A DNA stretch of 64,000 nt from Candidatus Heimdallarchaeota archaeon (GTDB taxonomy: Archaea; Asgardarchaeota; Heimdallarchaeia; Heimdallarchaeales; Heimdallarchaeaceae). Shown here piece by piece: positions 1-13,400 of this stretch. Position 1 is the stretch's first letter. Each line of letters opens with the position of its first letter. A program made the position numbers and the translations under genes. The notes under the pieces were generated by a model. The model saw only the letters and a program-made list of their open reading frames with translations. It had not been told where the DNA came from and ran no database searches. Location: contig JAHLWR010000004.1 of NCBI GenBank assembly GCA_019057815.1, forward strand, positions 64,001-128,000. The letters are read 5' to 3'.

Positions 1-908
1 TTAACAATAGTGGAATTACCAGAAGACTCAAGATGGATGCTATAGTGGTTATTACTGCATGTATTGTTAATAATAACTGAATATGTACAGTAGTAGAGAA
101 ATAAACCAGTTGTAGCGTGATTTAATATTTGGTCACGTACTGTCACACTAGTACAGTTGACTAACATCAGCTGCCCATAGACTGGTTCAGCAATTATTGT
201 AGAGTCAAGGTTTATGTAAAAACCTATTTTTTTCCCATTCACCCAATTATTCTCGACAGTATACGATAAGTAAGCATCAACTGTACTTTCGCTTATATAT
301 AAACCACAATTAGAAAAAGTGTTGTTTACCACCGTCGAACTCCCAGAATACCTAAGCCAGATGCCATGTCTGTTATTATTGCTACATGTGTTGTTGGTCA
401 CTGTCGAACTCCCAGAATCCTCAAGCACGATGCCATAATCGCCATTATTGTTGCACGTGTTGTTGGTAACAGTAGAATAATTAGAATCGCGAAACTTGAT
501 GCCTTCATAGATATTGTTGTTGCACGTGTTGTTAATGATAGTTGCTGTCTTATCAGCTACATTTCTGATACAAATACCATAATATGCGTCAACATAGCAA
601 TTACGAACAATGAAATATTTAGTTGTAGCTCTAATATAAATACCATAGCGACTAGTTGTTGTGATCTTGTAACCATCAATAAGATAAGGGTTCTCAACTG
701 TTCCTGTTCCGGGAAAAACCAAAAAATCACTATCAGAAGTAATGGATATAGGATCATGTGGTGTTAATGAGGAGTAAGTTGGTGGGTTGTAAGAAACAGT
801 TGTAGAACTTACTCTTATACCAGAGAATATACTTATTCCAACAATTAATAGTGAAACACATAAAACTCCTCTAATTGAGACTTTAGATTGTTTTGATGAC
901 CTTTTCAT
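1..908 (-). CDS. Right-handed parallel beta-helix (NosD/CASH-like) surface protein, partial (runs off the window start)
   Basis: Not in the ORF track. Manual translation from ATG at 908 gives MKRSSKQSKVSIRGVLCVSLLIVGISIFSG...HDPISITSDSDF..FPGTGTVENPYLIDGY, clearly paralogous to 16459-18318, with NNTCxNN repeats downstream. Confidence 0.9.
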   Translation of the reverse strand, partial: MKRSSKQSKVSIRGVLCVSLLIVGISIFSGIRVSSTTVSYNPPTYSSLTPHDPISITSDSDFLVFPGTGTVENPYLIDGYKITTTSRYGIYIRATTKYFIVRNCYVDAYYGICIRNVADKTATIINNTCNNNIYEGIKFRDSNYSTVTNNTCNNNGDYGIVLEDSGSSTVTNNTCSNNNRHGIWLRYSGSSTVVNNTFSNCGLYISESTVDAYLSYTVENNWVNGKKIGFYINLDSTIIAEPVYGQLMLVNCTSVTVRDQILNHATTGLFLYYCTYSVIINNTCSNNHYSIHLESSGNSTIV

Positions 909-1236
909 AGTTTCACCTATCAAGATAATAAAATCATGTTATATTATATTTTATGAATTTTAACTCTTTCGCTCTGGAAATGACACTTCCTTTTCTCTCA
1001 ACTTACTAAAATAAAGTCGAAGTTTTAAAACTATAAAATTGTATTTAAAGAAAGTATAATTTTCATACTGAATCTCAGCTACTAGAGAATTGGTTTCTGT
1101 AAATCAGATTTTTTCTTATTTGCGTTCGAATTTTTCGTAAGTAGCTTTAAATATGATAAGCCATTCTTGTTTTTTTGGGAAAAGACTTAGATAAGTATCA
1201 AAATGTATTTGTCTATAGTAAAAAGAGTCGCGAGAA

Positions 1237-4200
1237 GTGAATAGAATGATATGTAAAAAGAAAATTATGGCAGTTTTAGCTGTTTTTTTGTTAATGTTGA
1301 ATATTTCGACAGTTTATACTAGTGCGCACGCAGTAAGCAATCAAACTGAATTTTTGTTATATGCTAATCCTGGAGATATGTTGACTAAAAAAATTGGGAT
1401 AATATATGATCCTTTTAACCAAATAACAGAAGAAGTTGCAAAATCGATTTATGAAACTATAGATGTATTCTACTCTAAAGTAGAGCTAGTTCAAGTTTTC
1501 AATCATAATTCATTTGTAGAAGCGTTTTACACAGATTATTGGATTATGATTTATGTCTTTCACTCATCTCTAGAAGGAATAGAATATGGAGGTTGGACTC
1601 TATCATGGAAAGATTTGTCATGGTATTATGATGCTTATTCTGAACGCAAGCACATAGGAGTTTTTGGTAACGCATACCAATTACCAAATTATGAAATTGC
1701 TGAAAACTGCTATTTTGAGAAAGTAGAAGTATTAGAAGCACGTTTAGGATATTTACATGCAGTATGGTCACTTTCAGAGATTTTTTCACAAGAAGCTGAT
1801 CCACTTTATAGAGAGATAGGAGACAGATTCAAGCTTGTAGCGGTGAAATACTTTGGTGATGAAATGGAATCTTTAATTCAATCAGAAATTGATCCAAAAT
1901 ATGGTTTAGGAGAAGTTGACCCTGCAAAAGCAAAAGCAAGGCTTGAAGACAGTCTGAAAGACCATCCTACAAGGCTAAACAAAGTTCACCCAATTACTGG
2001 AGAATTATTAGATCCAACCAAAAAGATTGATGGTTTTAATCCTGTTATAGATATTACACCTGAGCTTCAAGTAGATCCTGGAGATGTAGTTCTTGGTGAC
2101 TTTCCAGACTTATCTTCTATTACTGGAGCAGCAGGTGATGTAATAAATATCATTTTAGGTATCATAGGTGTTGAAATCCCTGATGGCGTTATCACAATGG
2201 CAGGAAGCTACGCTAGTGAAATATCAAATATAATCAAACAAATTCCTAAAGTTATAGGGCTTATTAGGGATCCTAGTGCAAGCACAGCTATTGAAATATT
2301 TCTGGACATATTGGAATCAGCTTTTCCCTCTTTAATTCAATATAAACCATTCTTTGAGATCGCGGCTCAAGCAATTTTTGCAGTTAGAGAAGGTCCAACA
2401 GCTTTACTAGGATTAGTAGATGATTTGTTACTATTCATTGTTCCTGAAAGCGCAAGGGATTTCGTTGAAACAGCAACAGATGCACTAAACCTTACTCAAG
2501 ACTTCTTTGATGAATTAGTGAACCATGAAAACAAAGGTTCTTTCATCATGAGTTATCTGAATAAGCAACTTATGTATACTCTCATAGAAACAGCTATTGA
2601 GACGCTGGGAATTGGAGACGTTCAAGAAACAACCTCTATGATAACCCAGATGATTCAAGTAGGAATCGACCTGATATCTAATAAGAACATAACTCATATC
2701 GTTACAGATGTTCTTCCTACTTTAGTAAAAAGTCTTCTAGGTGGGTCACTTGATTCAACAGGTGAGAAGATACTTGATATAATCACATCAGCATTAGGAA
2801 TGGGACTAGGAGCAGCTGGTGTCATTGATTTAGATTTTAAGGATGGCTTTATTAACATTCTAAAGGCTATATGGCCAGATATCAATGAAAAAGCTCCTGA
2901 AATTAAGGGAAAAATTGATGAAGTTATTGATATAGTAAAGCAAATAGTAGAAGGAGAAACATCATTACCCAGTTTTACTACGGTTAAAAATCAAATAGTT
3001 GGAATCTTAACAAATGTAGATTCATATTCATCCCTATTTGATTTAAATGAGAATCAAAAACAAGTTGTTGGAGAAGCTATAACTCTTGTCTTAGGACTTC
3101 TCAACGGAAACTTCGACACATCAGGTTCTAATTTTATCTCAGTAGTGGATGGTATTTTGGATCATTTCACTGGTTTTGATACAGGAGTAAAAGAAATCAT
3201 AACTAAGACTCTTGAACTAACGTCATCATTAATCGCTTTTATTTCCGATATTGATGGATTTAAAACATATGTTAAAGGATCAGTCACTAATTTCCTATCA
3301 GATTATGACAATGTAGGTAAATTAATATCAACTGTTGTTGGAGCAGTTCTAGATGATCATGGACCTGATCCTCAAGTTTTACAACAGATTGGAAATGTCG
3401 TAGGATTAATTATTAATCTAATAAAAGACGGAGCAGACTTTTCTGTACAAAACATTATACAAGCAATCGTTGGTGTAGCGAGTGCAGCATTAACTAAACT
3501 TGATGTCAATATACCTTTTTCAGTCATTGAAAATATTTTCAACTTAATGTTTTCTGGTTTACCGGAATTTGACAATGTGCAAGATGTTGTTAACACCATT
3601 ATGGATGTAATAGAACCGTTAGTTCCAAGTGAAATTAAAGATATTATTGATACTGTTCTAACGTTTTTAGGTTCATCTAGGCAGTTATATACAGATAGTT
3701 TGAAATGGATCATTAACCAGTTAGTAGGCTTTGTAGCAGGGAAGATAGCAGATTTGCTGAATACACTTACAAACAAACTGAACGAATTCGTTGAATCAAT
3801 TGGAGATTTAGTGAGCTATGATGCAGATTTCAATGTGGAATTTGGAGGTTTCTCAGCCTTTACAATGAATGTATTTTTCTCCTTATCTCCAGGATTTTCG
3901 ATAAATAGTGATGCAATACAAGAACTAATAACAGATTTAGTTTTCCAGGGATCAGATGCTTTAAGTGGAGATAACCTAGGTAAACTTTTCAAAACAATAT
4001 TAAAATCGGTTTCAATTATACCGTTGTTCAAAGCAGGAGTAACAGTAAGCTCTGGAAATTCTGGAAAGAATGATTTAATGAAGACGCTGCTGGATATGCT
4101 AGGTCTTGAACTATCGTTTTCTGGGTCAGCAGGACTAACTTTACAATTGCTGAAAATAGAGAGTGGTAGAATAAGTACGAGTGATTTCTTCAAAGTTATA

Positions 4201-7200
4201 GAGTTCTTCTTCAGATTTGAAATAACTGTGTCAAAGAAAATTCCACTATTAGAGTTCTTAGGGCCTGGAGGATCTGCTCTAGCGAAAGTAGCAGAATTCT
4301 TAGGTTTAGGAGGAATATATCTTGTTATATCATTCTTCCTGAGTGTAGAAATCGTAAGAAGAGTAGAGACTACGTTTCAAGAAGCTGCGGATATTCTAAC
4401 TGTTATTATAGGTTTGAGTGTCATGATAGTAATAGATATCAATCTAGTGATAGTAGGAATTAAGATTACTTTAGGTTTTGTAGTAACGTTATCATTTATT
4501 CAAGATTTCGCGGCAGGGGCGCCGTTACAAGTGATTCTTGAAATCTCTTTCATAGTGACAGTGAAACTAACGTTCTTATTCTTAAGTTGGGGTAAGACTG
4601 TAGAATGGGGACCAAACCCAATTTATCTAGCAGGAGGACAAGATGATCCGGAAACGAAGGATGAGATGATGGGAGTCGACTCGGACGGGGACGGGCTTCC
4701 TGATTCATATGAAATAATGGTACCAGGTTTAAGACCAGATTTAGCTGATTCAGACGGTGATGGACTAACTGATAAATTTGAAATCAAGCATACAGGTACA
4801 AATCCAATACTTGCAGATACGGATGGAGATGGCTTAGATGACGGTTTTGAGCATTCTGTCTGTAAAACTAATCCTCTAGCACCTGATTCAGATTATGATG
4901 GATTGGATGATTATCAAGAAGTAGTTATTATAGGAACAGACCCTAATAATATCGATACAGACGGAGATGGTCTAGATGACTATTATGAAGTAAATACCAA
5001 GTGGAATATGACTGGAATAACAAGGAGTGTACATTCTGTTACTATTGGAGGAGTGGAATATTTCGATCATACAGATCCTCTAGTCGCTGATACAGATCAA
5101 GATGGGCTGTTAGACGGTCAAGAAGGACCATTTGGAGGATATTATGGTCCTGAACTTTATAGTGATGATTTCCCAGACCAACCTCCAATATTCTTCAACG
5201 AAGGATATACTCATCCACTAGACAATGATACAGATGATGATAGTTACCAGCAACTATGCAATGGAACAATTTCACCTTTACGCATGTATTTGATAGATAT
5301 GACAGATAGAGTTGAAATCGAAGGACAATGGGTAATATTCTTGGAAGATGATGAACTAATCCCAAGATTAGTAAGAACCAACCCCACTAACCCAGATTCT
5401 GATGGTGATACGGGAATACAAAGTCCAGATTGGAGAGGAGATGCATGTCCACCGCACTGGTTCCTGAGGTCAGATGGTTACGAATTGTGGCTAGACCCCC
5501 CAACAGACCCGAATGATGGAGATTCAGACGATGATGGTCTTATTGATGGATTGGAAGGATACGGTAACCCCGAAACTAATCATACTGATCCAAACAACCC
5601 AGATACAGACGGAGATGGTCTAGGGGACCTTCAAGAAATAATTCTAGGAACTGATCCACTAAATCCAGATTCTGACGGAGATGGGGTACTTGATGGAGAT
5701 GAATTCTTCAAGTATGGAACTAATCCTGCTTGGGAAGACACTGATTTTGATGGATTATTAGACGGAGAAGAACTCTTTCTCTATCACACAAACCCTCTAG
5801 ACCCGGACTCCGACGGGGACGGGTTGACAGACGGTTTAGAAGTGCTGTATTATGACACCGACCCTATGGATGAAGATCAAGATAATGACGGTCTGACAGA
5901 TTGGGAGGAGTTATTTGTCTTCTATACGTCACCGCGTATGTATGATACAGATGGAGACGGTCTTTCCGATTATGAGGAAGTCGCTATTTATTTGACCGAT
6001 CCCCTAAAATGGGATAGTGATAATGACACTATTTGGTATCTAAACGAATTTGGTGAATATACTTTTGAAATGTCAGATGGTCAAGAAGTGAAACTTTATG
6101 GTACTAACCCCCTATCCTCTGATACTGATGGTGATGGTATTTATGATAGTTATGAACTCTATTTAGGTTCAGGGTTAATTCCTGATTTTGAACCTGTACT
6201 TCTTGATCCGAATTCAAACGATACGGACTCAGATGGAATTATTGACTTCCACGAATACCAAATTACAAATGTGTCAAACATAATCCATCCTTACATTAGT
6301 TTCGTTATCATTACACCTTTTAACACCTCAGTTGTAAATCCTGATACGGACGGAGACGGGTTACTGGACGGTGAAGAGCTTTATGGTTACGAAGTTGGAT
6401 ATTCTAGACCTTGGGTTTCAAGCAATTTAGTACGTAGCCTTCCTAATAATAACGATTCAGATGGAGATGGTTTGACTGATTATGAGGAGATAGTGGTGTT
6501 TGAAACAGATCCGAATACAGATGACACAGATGGCGATTTTCTTTCTGATTATGATGAAGTTAAGACATTTGTTTATCCTCAACATCATGATTACAATGGT
6601 GATCCAGGTGTTGCTTTAGATCCATTTAATCCCGATGTAGATGGTGATATGTTACCGGATGGATCAGAAATCTTACTTTACGGATCAGATCCGACGATTG
6701 CTGATGAAGATGATAATGGTGTTTTAGATGGTTACGAAAAAGACTTTGATTTTGATGGTTTAGAAGATGGTTACGAGTTCTTCAAATATAAGACTTGGGC
6801 TATTGCTGGTGGAGGAGTTACTCAAGCAGATTCTGATCGAGATGGTCTTTCAGATGGTCAAGAAGTCTATATGTTTGGAACCAATTGTACTTATTGGGAT
6901 ACAGACAATGACACCTATTCTGACGGGCTTGAAGTGATGTTGGGACTTGATCCATTAACATTTACAACCTTTGAGGAATTTCAAGCAGCAATGGATGTTA
7001 TAGAACGTGGTATTGTGGTTATCTCACCAATACAAGGCGGAGTTTATGCTGAAGGTAATCATACTTTCATTGTCTACAATGGTTCTGAAGTCTTAGATAT
7101 CACTTATCAATTAAACAAAGATGATGAGGGATTTGAAGAAAACTATACAATGTCTTTCACTACCGAAACAGGAACTTGGATGAGTGGAACCTACTATACT

Positions 7201-7443
7201 ACAGGAATATCTCTGAAAAAAGGGGAGTATGAAGTTATGTTCTATGTCCATCATTGGGATGACAGCTATACAACCGTCAATCGCTCATTCTCTGTTGCAG
7301 TAGTAGAAGGTTTGACGAACTTCGAGCTTGTTATGATTGGAGTAGGTGGAGGAGCAGCAGCGGGAGCAGCAGGTACATTGGTGTACTATATGGCTCGAGC
7401 TGGTAAATTTAGCTGGCTTAAGGGCTTGTTTGGAGGTGCATGA
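1237..7443 (+). CDS. Giant membrane-anchored surface protein (2068 aa) with many Ca-binding DxDxDGLxDxxE..GTxP repeats (bacterial TSP3-like)
   Basis: N-terminal signal peptide, long amphipathic helical region, hydrophobic beta-strand block, >20 D(S/T)DGDGL repeats, Gly/Ala-rich C-terminal TM helix. The start may be ATG 1246. Confidence 0.85.
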   Translation: MNRMICKKKIMAVLAVFLLMLNISTVYTSAHAVSNQTEFLLYANPGDMLTKKIGIIYDPFNQITEEVAKSIYETIDVFYSKVELVQVFNHNSFVEAFYTDYWIMIYVFHSSLEGIEYGGWTLSWKDLSWYYDAYSERKHIGVFGNAYQLPNYEIAENCYFEKVEVLEARLGYLHAVWSLSEIFSQEADPLYREIGDRFKLVAVKYFGDEMESLIQSEIDPKYGLGEVDPAKAKARLEDSLKDHPTRLNKVHPITGELLDPTKKIDGFNPVIDITPELQVDPGDVVLGDFPDLSSITGAAGDVINIILGIIGVEIPDGVITMAGSYASEISNIIKQIPKVIGLIRDPSASTAIEIFLDILESAFPSLIQYKPFFEIAAQAIFAVREGPTALLGLVDDLLLFIVPESARDFVETATDALNLTQDFFDELVNHENKGSFIMSYLNKQLMYTLIETAIETLGIGDVQETTSMITQMIQVGIDLISNKNITHIVTDVLPTLVKSLLGGSLDSTGEKILDIITSALGMGLGAAGVIDLDFKDGFINILKAIWPDINEKAPEIKGKIDEVIDIVKQIVEGETSLPSFTTVKNQIVGILTNVDSYSSLFDLNENQKQVVGEAITLVLGLLNGNFDTSGSNFISVVDGILDHFTGFDTGVKEIITKTLELTSSLIAFISDIDGFKTYVKGSVTNFLSDYDNVGKLISTVVGAVLDDHGPDPQVLQQIGNVVGLIINLIKDGADFSVQNIIQAIVGVASAALTKLDVNIPFSVIENIFNLMFSGLPEFDNVQDVVNTIMDVIEPLVPSEIKDIIDTVLTFLGSSRQLYTDSLKWIINQLVGFVAGKIADLLNTLTNKLNEFVESIGDLVSYDADFNVEFGGFSAFTMNVFFSLSPGFSINSDAIQELITDLVFQGSDALSGDNLGKLFKTILKSVSIIPLFKAGVTVSSGNSGKNDLMKTLLDMLGLELSFSGSAGLTLQLLKIESGRISTSDFFKVIEFFFRFEITVSKKIPLLEFLGPGGSALAKVAEFLGLGGIYLVISFFLSVEIVRRVETTFQEAADILTVIIGLSVMIVIDINLVIVGIKITLGFVVTLSFIQDFAAGAPLQVILEISFIVTVKLTFLFLSWGKTVEWGPNPIYLAGGQDDPETKDEMMGVDSDGDGLPDSYEIMVPGLRPDLADSDGDGLTDKFEIKHTGTNPILADTDGDGLDDGFEHSVCKTNPLAPDSDYDGLDDYQEVVIIGTDPNNIDTDGDGLDDYYEVNTKWNMTGITRSVHSVTIGGVEYFDHTDPLVADTDQDGLLDGQEGPFGGYYGPELYSDDFPDQPPIFFNEGYTHPLDNDTDDDSYQQLCNGTISPLRMYLIDMTDRVEIEGQWVIFLEDDELIPRLVRTNPTNPDSDGDTGIQSPDWRGDACPPHWFLRSDGYELWLDPPTDPNDGDSDDDGLIDGLEGYGNPETNHTDPNNPDTDGDGLGDLQEIILGTDPLNPDSDGDGVLDGDEFFKYGTNPAWEDTDFDGLLDGEELFLYHTNPLDPDSDGDGLTDGLEVLYYDTDPMDEDQDNDGLTDWEELFVFYTSPRMYDTDGDGLSDYEEVAIYLTDPLKWDSDNDTIWYLNEFGEYTFEMSDGQEVKLYGTNPLSSDTDGDGIYDSYELYLGSGLIPDFEPVLLDPNSNDTDSDGIIDFHEYQITNVSNIIHPYISFVIITPFNTSVVNPDTDGDGLLDGEELYGYEVGYSRPWVSSNLVRSLPNNNDSDGDGLTDYEEIVVFETDPNTDDTDGDFLSDYDEVKTFVYPQHHDYNGDPGVALDPFNPDVDGDMLPDGSEILLYGSDPTIADEDDNGVLDGYEKDFDFDGLEDGYEFFKYKTWAIAGGGVTQADSDRDGLSDGQEVYMFGTNCTYWDTDNDTYSDGLEVMLGLDPLTFTTFEEFQAAMDVIERGIVVISPIQGGVYAEGNHTFIVYNGSEVLDITYQLNKDDEGFEENYTMSFTTETGTWMSGTYYTTGISLKKGEYEVMFYVHHWDDSYTTVNRSFSVAVVEGLTNFELVMIGVGGGAAAGAAGTLVYYMARAGKFSWLKGLFGGA

Positions 7444-10400
7444 AGATGAAAAGTAAAATGAGTAACATGCAGAAAAGAGCAATTTCGATATTTGTTCTAA
7501 TATTAATGACATTTTCGTTGTTTGGCACAATACCTGCGTTCTCTGCAGCTAATGGACAATATGACTCCACACTAGAGAATTTGTCAATTGATGAAATTAG
7601 AAAGATGTTAGGTATTCCCTATGATGAAGAGGATATGGAATTTCAAGCTGGTGATGATTATTATCCAGAAGATATTGATTTAGGACTATTCTTAACAGAC
7701 TATTCTAATGAATATTACCAGACTTATCAACCATGGAAGACTAAAGCAGCTGTCCGTTGTATTGAATTATCTGATGATTTCAAATATATGGTTGTTGGTG
7801 GTGGATATCTTTATGATAATGAAATACACATTTACCGATGGAACACTAATATTAACCAGTATTCTAAAGTTTGGAACAGTGGTGATGGTGTAATTAAAGC
7901 GGATGTTACAGACGTTGATATTGCAGATACGGATCATAATGATTTCTTAGAAATAGTAGCTTCTTCAGTTGACGGGCATTGGTATGCTTTTGAACAACAA
8001 CACATCTATGACCCTAACACTAACACTGAGAATATGTTCCAACATGTTTACACTTCACCTTATTTAGGTCAAGTTTGGTCAATAGAAATCAATGACACAG
8101 ACTTAGATTATGATCCTGACGTTATTTGTGTATCATGGGATTACAAGGTTCATGTCTTTGAATATACACTCCATTCTGGTTATCCCTTCAGCCCTGAACA
8201 CTGGATTGAATACACAGAAAAATGGACATCACATAATTTAAGAGCCCATCCTACAAGTTTAGCGGTAGGAGATACAAATTACAATGGTCTTCCTGATTTT
8301 GTTGTAGGGACAAGAGAAGGAGAAATTTTCGTCTTTGAGAATAATGGAACAGTGCTAGATATTCATGGTCAACCATGGCCTTTATGTCAAGATAACAGTT
8401 ACAAGCTGATATATCAGAACAATAATACAATCTGGAAACCGATTTATTCGATGGAAATAGGTAATCTTGACAACAACCCCGGAGATGAAGTAGTCATTGC
8501 ATCTTTTGCTTTTAACGGTTATATTCTTCGATATGATATGCAAGAGGCAGATTATTATCTACAGAAACTAATCAAATATTTCGAACCATGGACACAAAAG
8601 GATTACTATCCAACTGATGACTACATTGATTGGGGTATTTCTGCACAGAATGCTTATCTTAGCTTAGATTCTGAAGCTTTAGGAACAACAGTTCAAGAAC
8701 CACTTAATTTCAGCACAGAATGGTATTATAAAGGTCCTTACCCCTATGATACCGGTGCAGCTCAACTAAATTATACTACTCACACATATTTTGTAGCTAA
8801 TGACACACATTCCTCTTGGGAAGTATATGATTATGGTGCTGATGAAGGCGGTACAGGAAATGGTAATGAAAAAGAAGATGTGGTCTTAGATTTTAGAACT
8901 GGTTTGTTTGATCCACAAATCAATTTTGCTAATTTTGAAATTCAGATAAGTTATGATTTGGAGCATTGGTTAACCATTCCTGAAACATCAATGAGTCATG
9001 GGTCCTCTGGTCTTAATTCTAGAACTATAGAATTTGATGTGGATGAAGTGATGAATGAGTATCAGTGGAAAGACTTTAGGTATATTAATGTCACAGTTCT
9101 TGCAGGAGTAGGGACAACGTACAAGTTAACCTATAGTAAGCTTAACTACGTAGATATGAGAGTATCTACCGCTTTATGTGCATCTGTAGGCACATTAGCT
9201 AGTTCAGTAACAGGAGAACACGATTTACAAGCACTACTAGGAACAGTAGATGGGCGAATTGTAGCTTTCATATATGATGAAACTGTTGACGAATTCATTC
9301 TTTCATGGGATTCTTGGGTAGATGATAGATTTACTCTTGGGACAAACATTTGGGATCTAGAGCAAGTAAAAACTCTAGGGACTATGCCCATGATTTATGG
9401 TTGGACATTTTTAGATACAACAGAATATGTTTTGAAACCTGATACTCAACCTTACCCTCAGATTAGAGATATGATGGGTGATGATTCATGGATTTATGAT
9501 TATGATATAGGTTACATTGACGCAGATCCCAGTGGTCATGGAGATTTTGTTGTAAGCACCCAATCAGGAAATGTTTATTTCTTTGATAGAACTTTTGATA
9601 TCGATATTCCAAACTCGTTCAATTACTTCAACCTAATCAATAGTTATGTTAATTATGATGGTTTCAATCTAACTGTTTCTTTAATTGATTATACAACAGC
9701 ATTTGGTGGTCCTGAACTCTTTATTGGTACTTATGATCCTTCAATTTCTAATGTTTATGATGACTGGTATGATGACACTGACACTGACTCACCAGCGAAT
9801 CTACATATATGGAATCAAGTTGGAATGGCTTATAATGGTCCTGTGAATCTGTATAGCATTGAAAGCACTGGACAACTAGAGGAACTACTGAAGAATGCAC
9901 AATCCATACCTTCAGCTGATGGAGTAGACATGGATGGAGATGGAGATATGGACATTGTGGTCTGTATAGATGGATTATATTTACTATGGAATATAGGTAG
10001 TCATGCGAGTCCTGAATATGTTCTTGATGCGGACTATTTTACAGATGTAAATGCTGTACAAGGTAGAAGAAAATTCATGAAGCCAAAATTTGTTGAGTTC
10101 GATCATGATGGTGATTATGACCTCACTTTAGGTTACTCAAATCGTGTAGGTGCAACATATTTTGATAATTTTGGAACAGCAACTAATCCAAAGTGGGAAG
10201 AAAAGAAGGAACTGCTCAATAATTTAGACTACGAAGCAACAATTAATGTTTATAATTTAACTAGACCTCTTTTCGTCTCATATCTAGATCATAGTATATG
10301 GTCTACATTACAGATGAATTTACTATATGGAGAAGATTTTACGGACAAATACGCACTTTTCTATATGTTTGATGTGTTTACAAACGATGTTCATTTCTTT

Positions 10401-13400
10401 TATATTAATTATGATACACAAACATCTTACATGGTCGCGACCTACCCACTTATTTCTCGTCTAGAAATAAATTCTTTCAGATCAGAAACTGTATTTGAAA
10501 TCTATACTTCTCGTAATTTCGGTTTTAGAGCAATAGAAAGCTGGTCTACAGCATTAGAACTACTAGAGTGGACTATGACTGTTGAAACTGCAGATTTGGA
10601 TGAAGATGGTTCAGGAGAAATTATTGTAGGAGACTATGATAATAATATCTACATCTTTGAACATATGCTCAATAATACTTACAAACGGGCGTTTCGCTCT
10701 CCAGATGTTGTTCAATATTATGCAACAGATGAAACACCATACGCTTGGGATCAATTCGGAGGTTATACAGGCGAATTTAATCAAACAATCTGGAATCATG
10801 TTTCTCATATTCTTGTTGATGTTGACCTTGATGGTGATGGCTACTTAGAGCTAGTAGCATTGGCAGGTACAGTATTTTATATCTTTGAAGTTGTATATGA
10901 CGATTTCAGTGGTAAAATTATTGATGATACCTATCAGCTAGTTCATCGTTTTGATTGTTTAAGAAGTGATGAAGGACCTTATATGATTGAAGCAGGATTA
11001 ATCGATCCTGTAGGATTAACTTGGGCTAAAGATCTCGATCATGATGGCTACAGCGAGATACTTGTGGCTTTTGAATCACAATTATTCGTTTATGAACCTT
11101 ATAGTGGTGAGTTTTACGAAGTTTTTGGACAAGTTGATACACCAACGGGACATTACAACTTAGCAGGTAACAGTAGAGCATATCCTGATATGACAATCGC
11201 AGGTATCTTAGTTGCAGATACAAACCAAAATGGTTGGGAAGAAATAATCATTTATGGAGAAGTTGATGATGCAACTGTACCTTATGATATGGGTTATGTA
11301 GCAATTATAGAAACTAATATTCATGGATACCAGATAATCTGGCAAGCTCCAGTGGATGTCGTTGCTAGTAACAAAATCTATACTGTAGAAATTGCAGATC
11401 AAGATTATGACGGTCAACTAGAGGTTATCATAGGTGGAGAGAAAGGTATATCTATTTGGGAATATCAAGGAGATGCTGATGGGGATTTATATGTGCAGAT
11501 TAATGTTATAACAGGACACATGAATTACCCAATAATGCCATCGAATTCTCTTTTCGGAGAGAACAGTTTTTACGGAATTGATAATCAAATTAGGCAACGT
11601 TCTCATGATGTTATTCAATATGTTTATGGAACCAGTAATCATTCATATATAGCAGTATGGACTGAATGGTACAACCCATGGAGTATATATGTCATTTACC
11701 AAGCTATGAGCCCTGATGGACAAAATTGGTTATATAAAACTATGCTCCCAATAGCTTCTGTTAATGACCAATTACTTCCTTCATTAACACAAACTACAAA
11801 TGGTGATCTTTACCTTATATGGACTGTTTTCAGGTTTTCTGGTGCTTCTGGTAATCGCTATGGGATTCCATGTCTTAAATCTACAGATTTTGGTGATACA
11901 TGGACATCAGAAGGATTTCTAAATGAAACAGAATTATTAGGACCTAATCCTTATCGTTCACCTACAGTTTTTGCACATGATAACGATGGAATTGGCTATT
12001 CCTTTGTTTTTAAGAATAGTACTCATTCTATTCCTTATTATGGTTGGCATTTCAGTAATGGTACAAACATTGTTCCCCAGCCGATTGAAGGGCTTAAAGA
12101 ATTCAATGTTAATGGAATTGATATAGTTGGACATCCTAATAACAGTCCTTCACAAGGTTTCACTTTTGCAGGAGCAATGAGCGCAAATCGTCCAGGAGAA
12201 AACAAAGACGATTACGATATTTGGTTCTTTGAAACAGATATCAGTTTCAATTTGACTATTGAGTCAAGGAAATTAGTAGAAAGTCCTGCAGTTGAACATA
12301 CACCTAGTATTGCTTATATACTTACAGGGACGAATCCACTGCTAATAAGTTATGATGCAGCTGGATATAAACAGGCCATGCCAACAGCTTATGGTTTAGT
12401 TTCTTCTGATTATTTTGAATGGTCAGAGCCAGATATTCTAAATGTATACCCTGATTATCTTGAAAGAAACCCAATAACTGGGGCAATGTATTTCAAGTAT
12501 CAACCATCATGGAGTCTCAATAGTCATGGTTTTAGAGCTCCTAAAGTTACAGCAACATATGATGGAAAATTTGTTGTATTAACAAAACTTGATATTAAAG
12601 GAGTAACTATAGTAGGAGCAGCATATTGGGAAGATTTCCTTTTCCAAGAATATAGTCTAACAATAACTGATTTCACTGCTTTTGGTAAAGCTACTGACAT
12701 TGCTGTAGGCGACACTGACGGTGATGGTTTGAATGAGATTTTAGCTGCAGATGGACCATATGCTAGACTCTTTGAAATCTTTGAAACGACTATAATGAAT
12801 ACTAGATATCAATTTAAGTGGAAGAGCCAAGAATACCAGAACCCAGTATCAGATGTGTCGATATATGATACTAATGGAAATGGTTTTCCTGAAATAATCT
12901 TTAGTGTCCAAGGAGAAGATGTCTATGTCTTTGAGGTTTTGGATCTTTCGAAACCTATTGTAGATTTACAAGTTCCCATACAAATCTATAAAACCCTTGA
13001 ATCCAATACTGCTGTTTATCTGACAACTACTCCAATAGATCTCAATGATGATGGTATTACAGATTATGTTTGTGGAATGGATGATAATATGCTTCATGGA
13101 ATTCTGGGAAACAATGGTACCGTTTTATGGAGTACAGATATTGGATCTACTACAAGATTTACGTTTGAAGGACTCTATAACTATAATAGTCAGATAATTG
13201 TTCTGGACGATAATAACGATATCTTATGGATTAACAAAAGAACTGGTATTATTATTGATACTATTACAACAGGAGATAGCTATGTTGGTGAGGCTACAAT
13301 CTATGATATAAATGGAGATGGATACGGGGATATAATAAGCAAAGATTCTTCTTCCAACGAAATCCGTATATATAGTGGAGTTGATGGAGACATTTTAGAA

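Noticed and set aside
366-767. 133-aa plus-strand ORF and the many other short antisense ORFs in the track
   Set aside because: They are shadows of longer genes with clear family motifs, mostly on the opposite strand.
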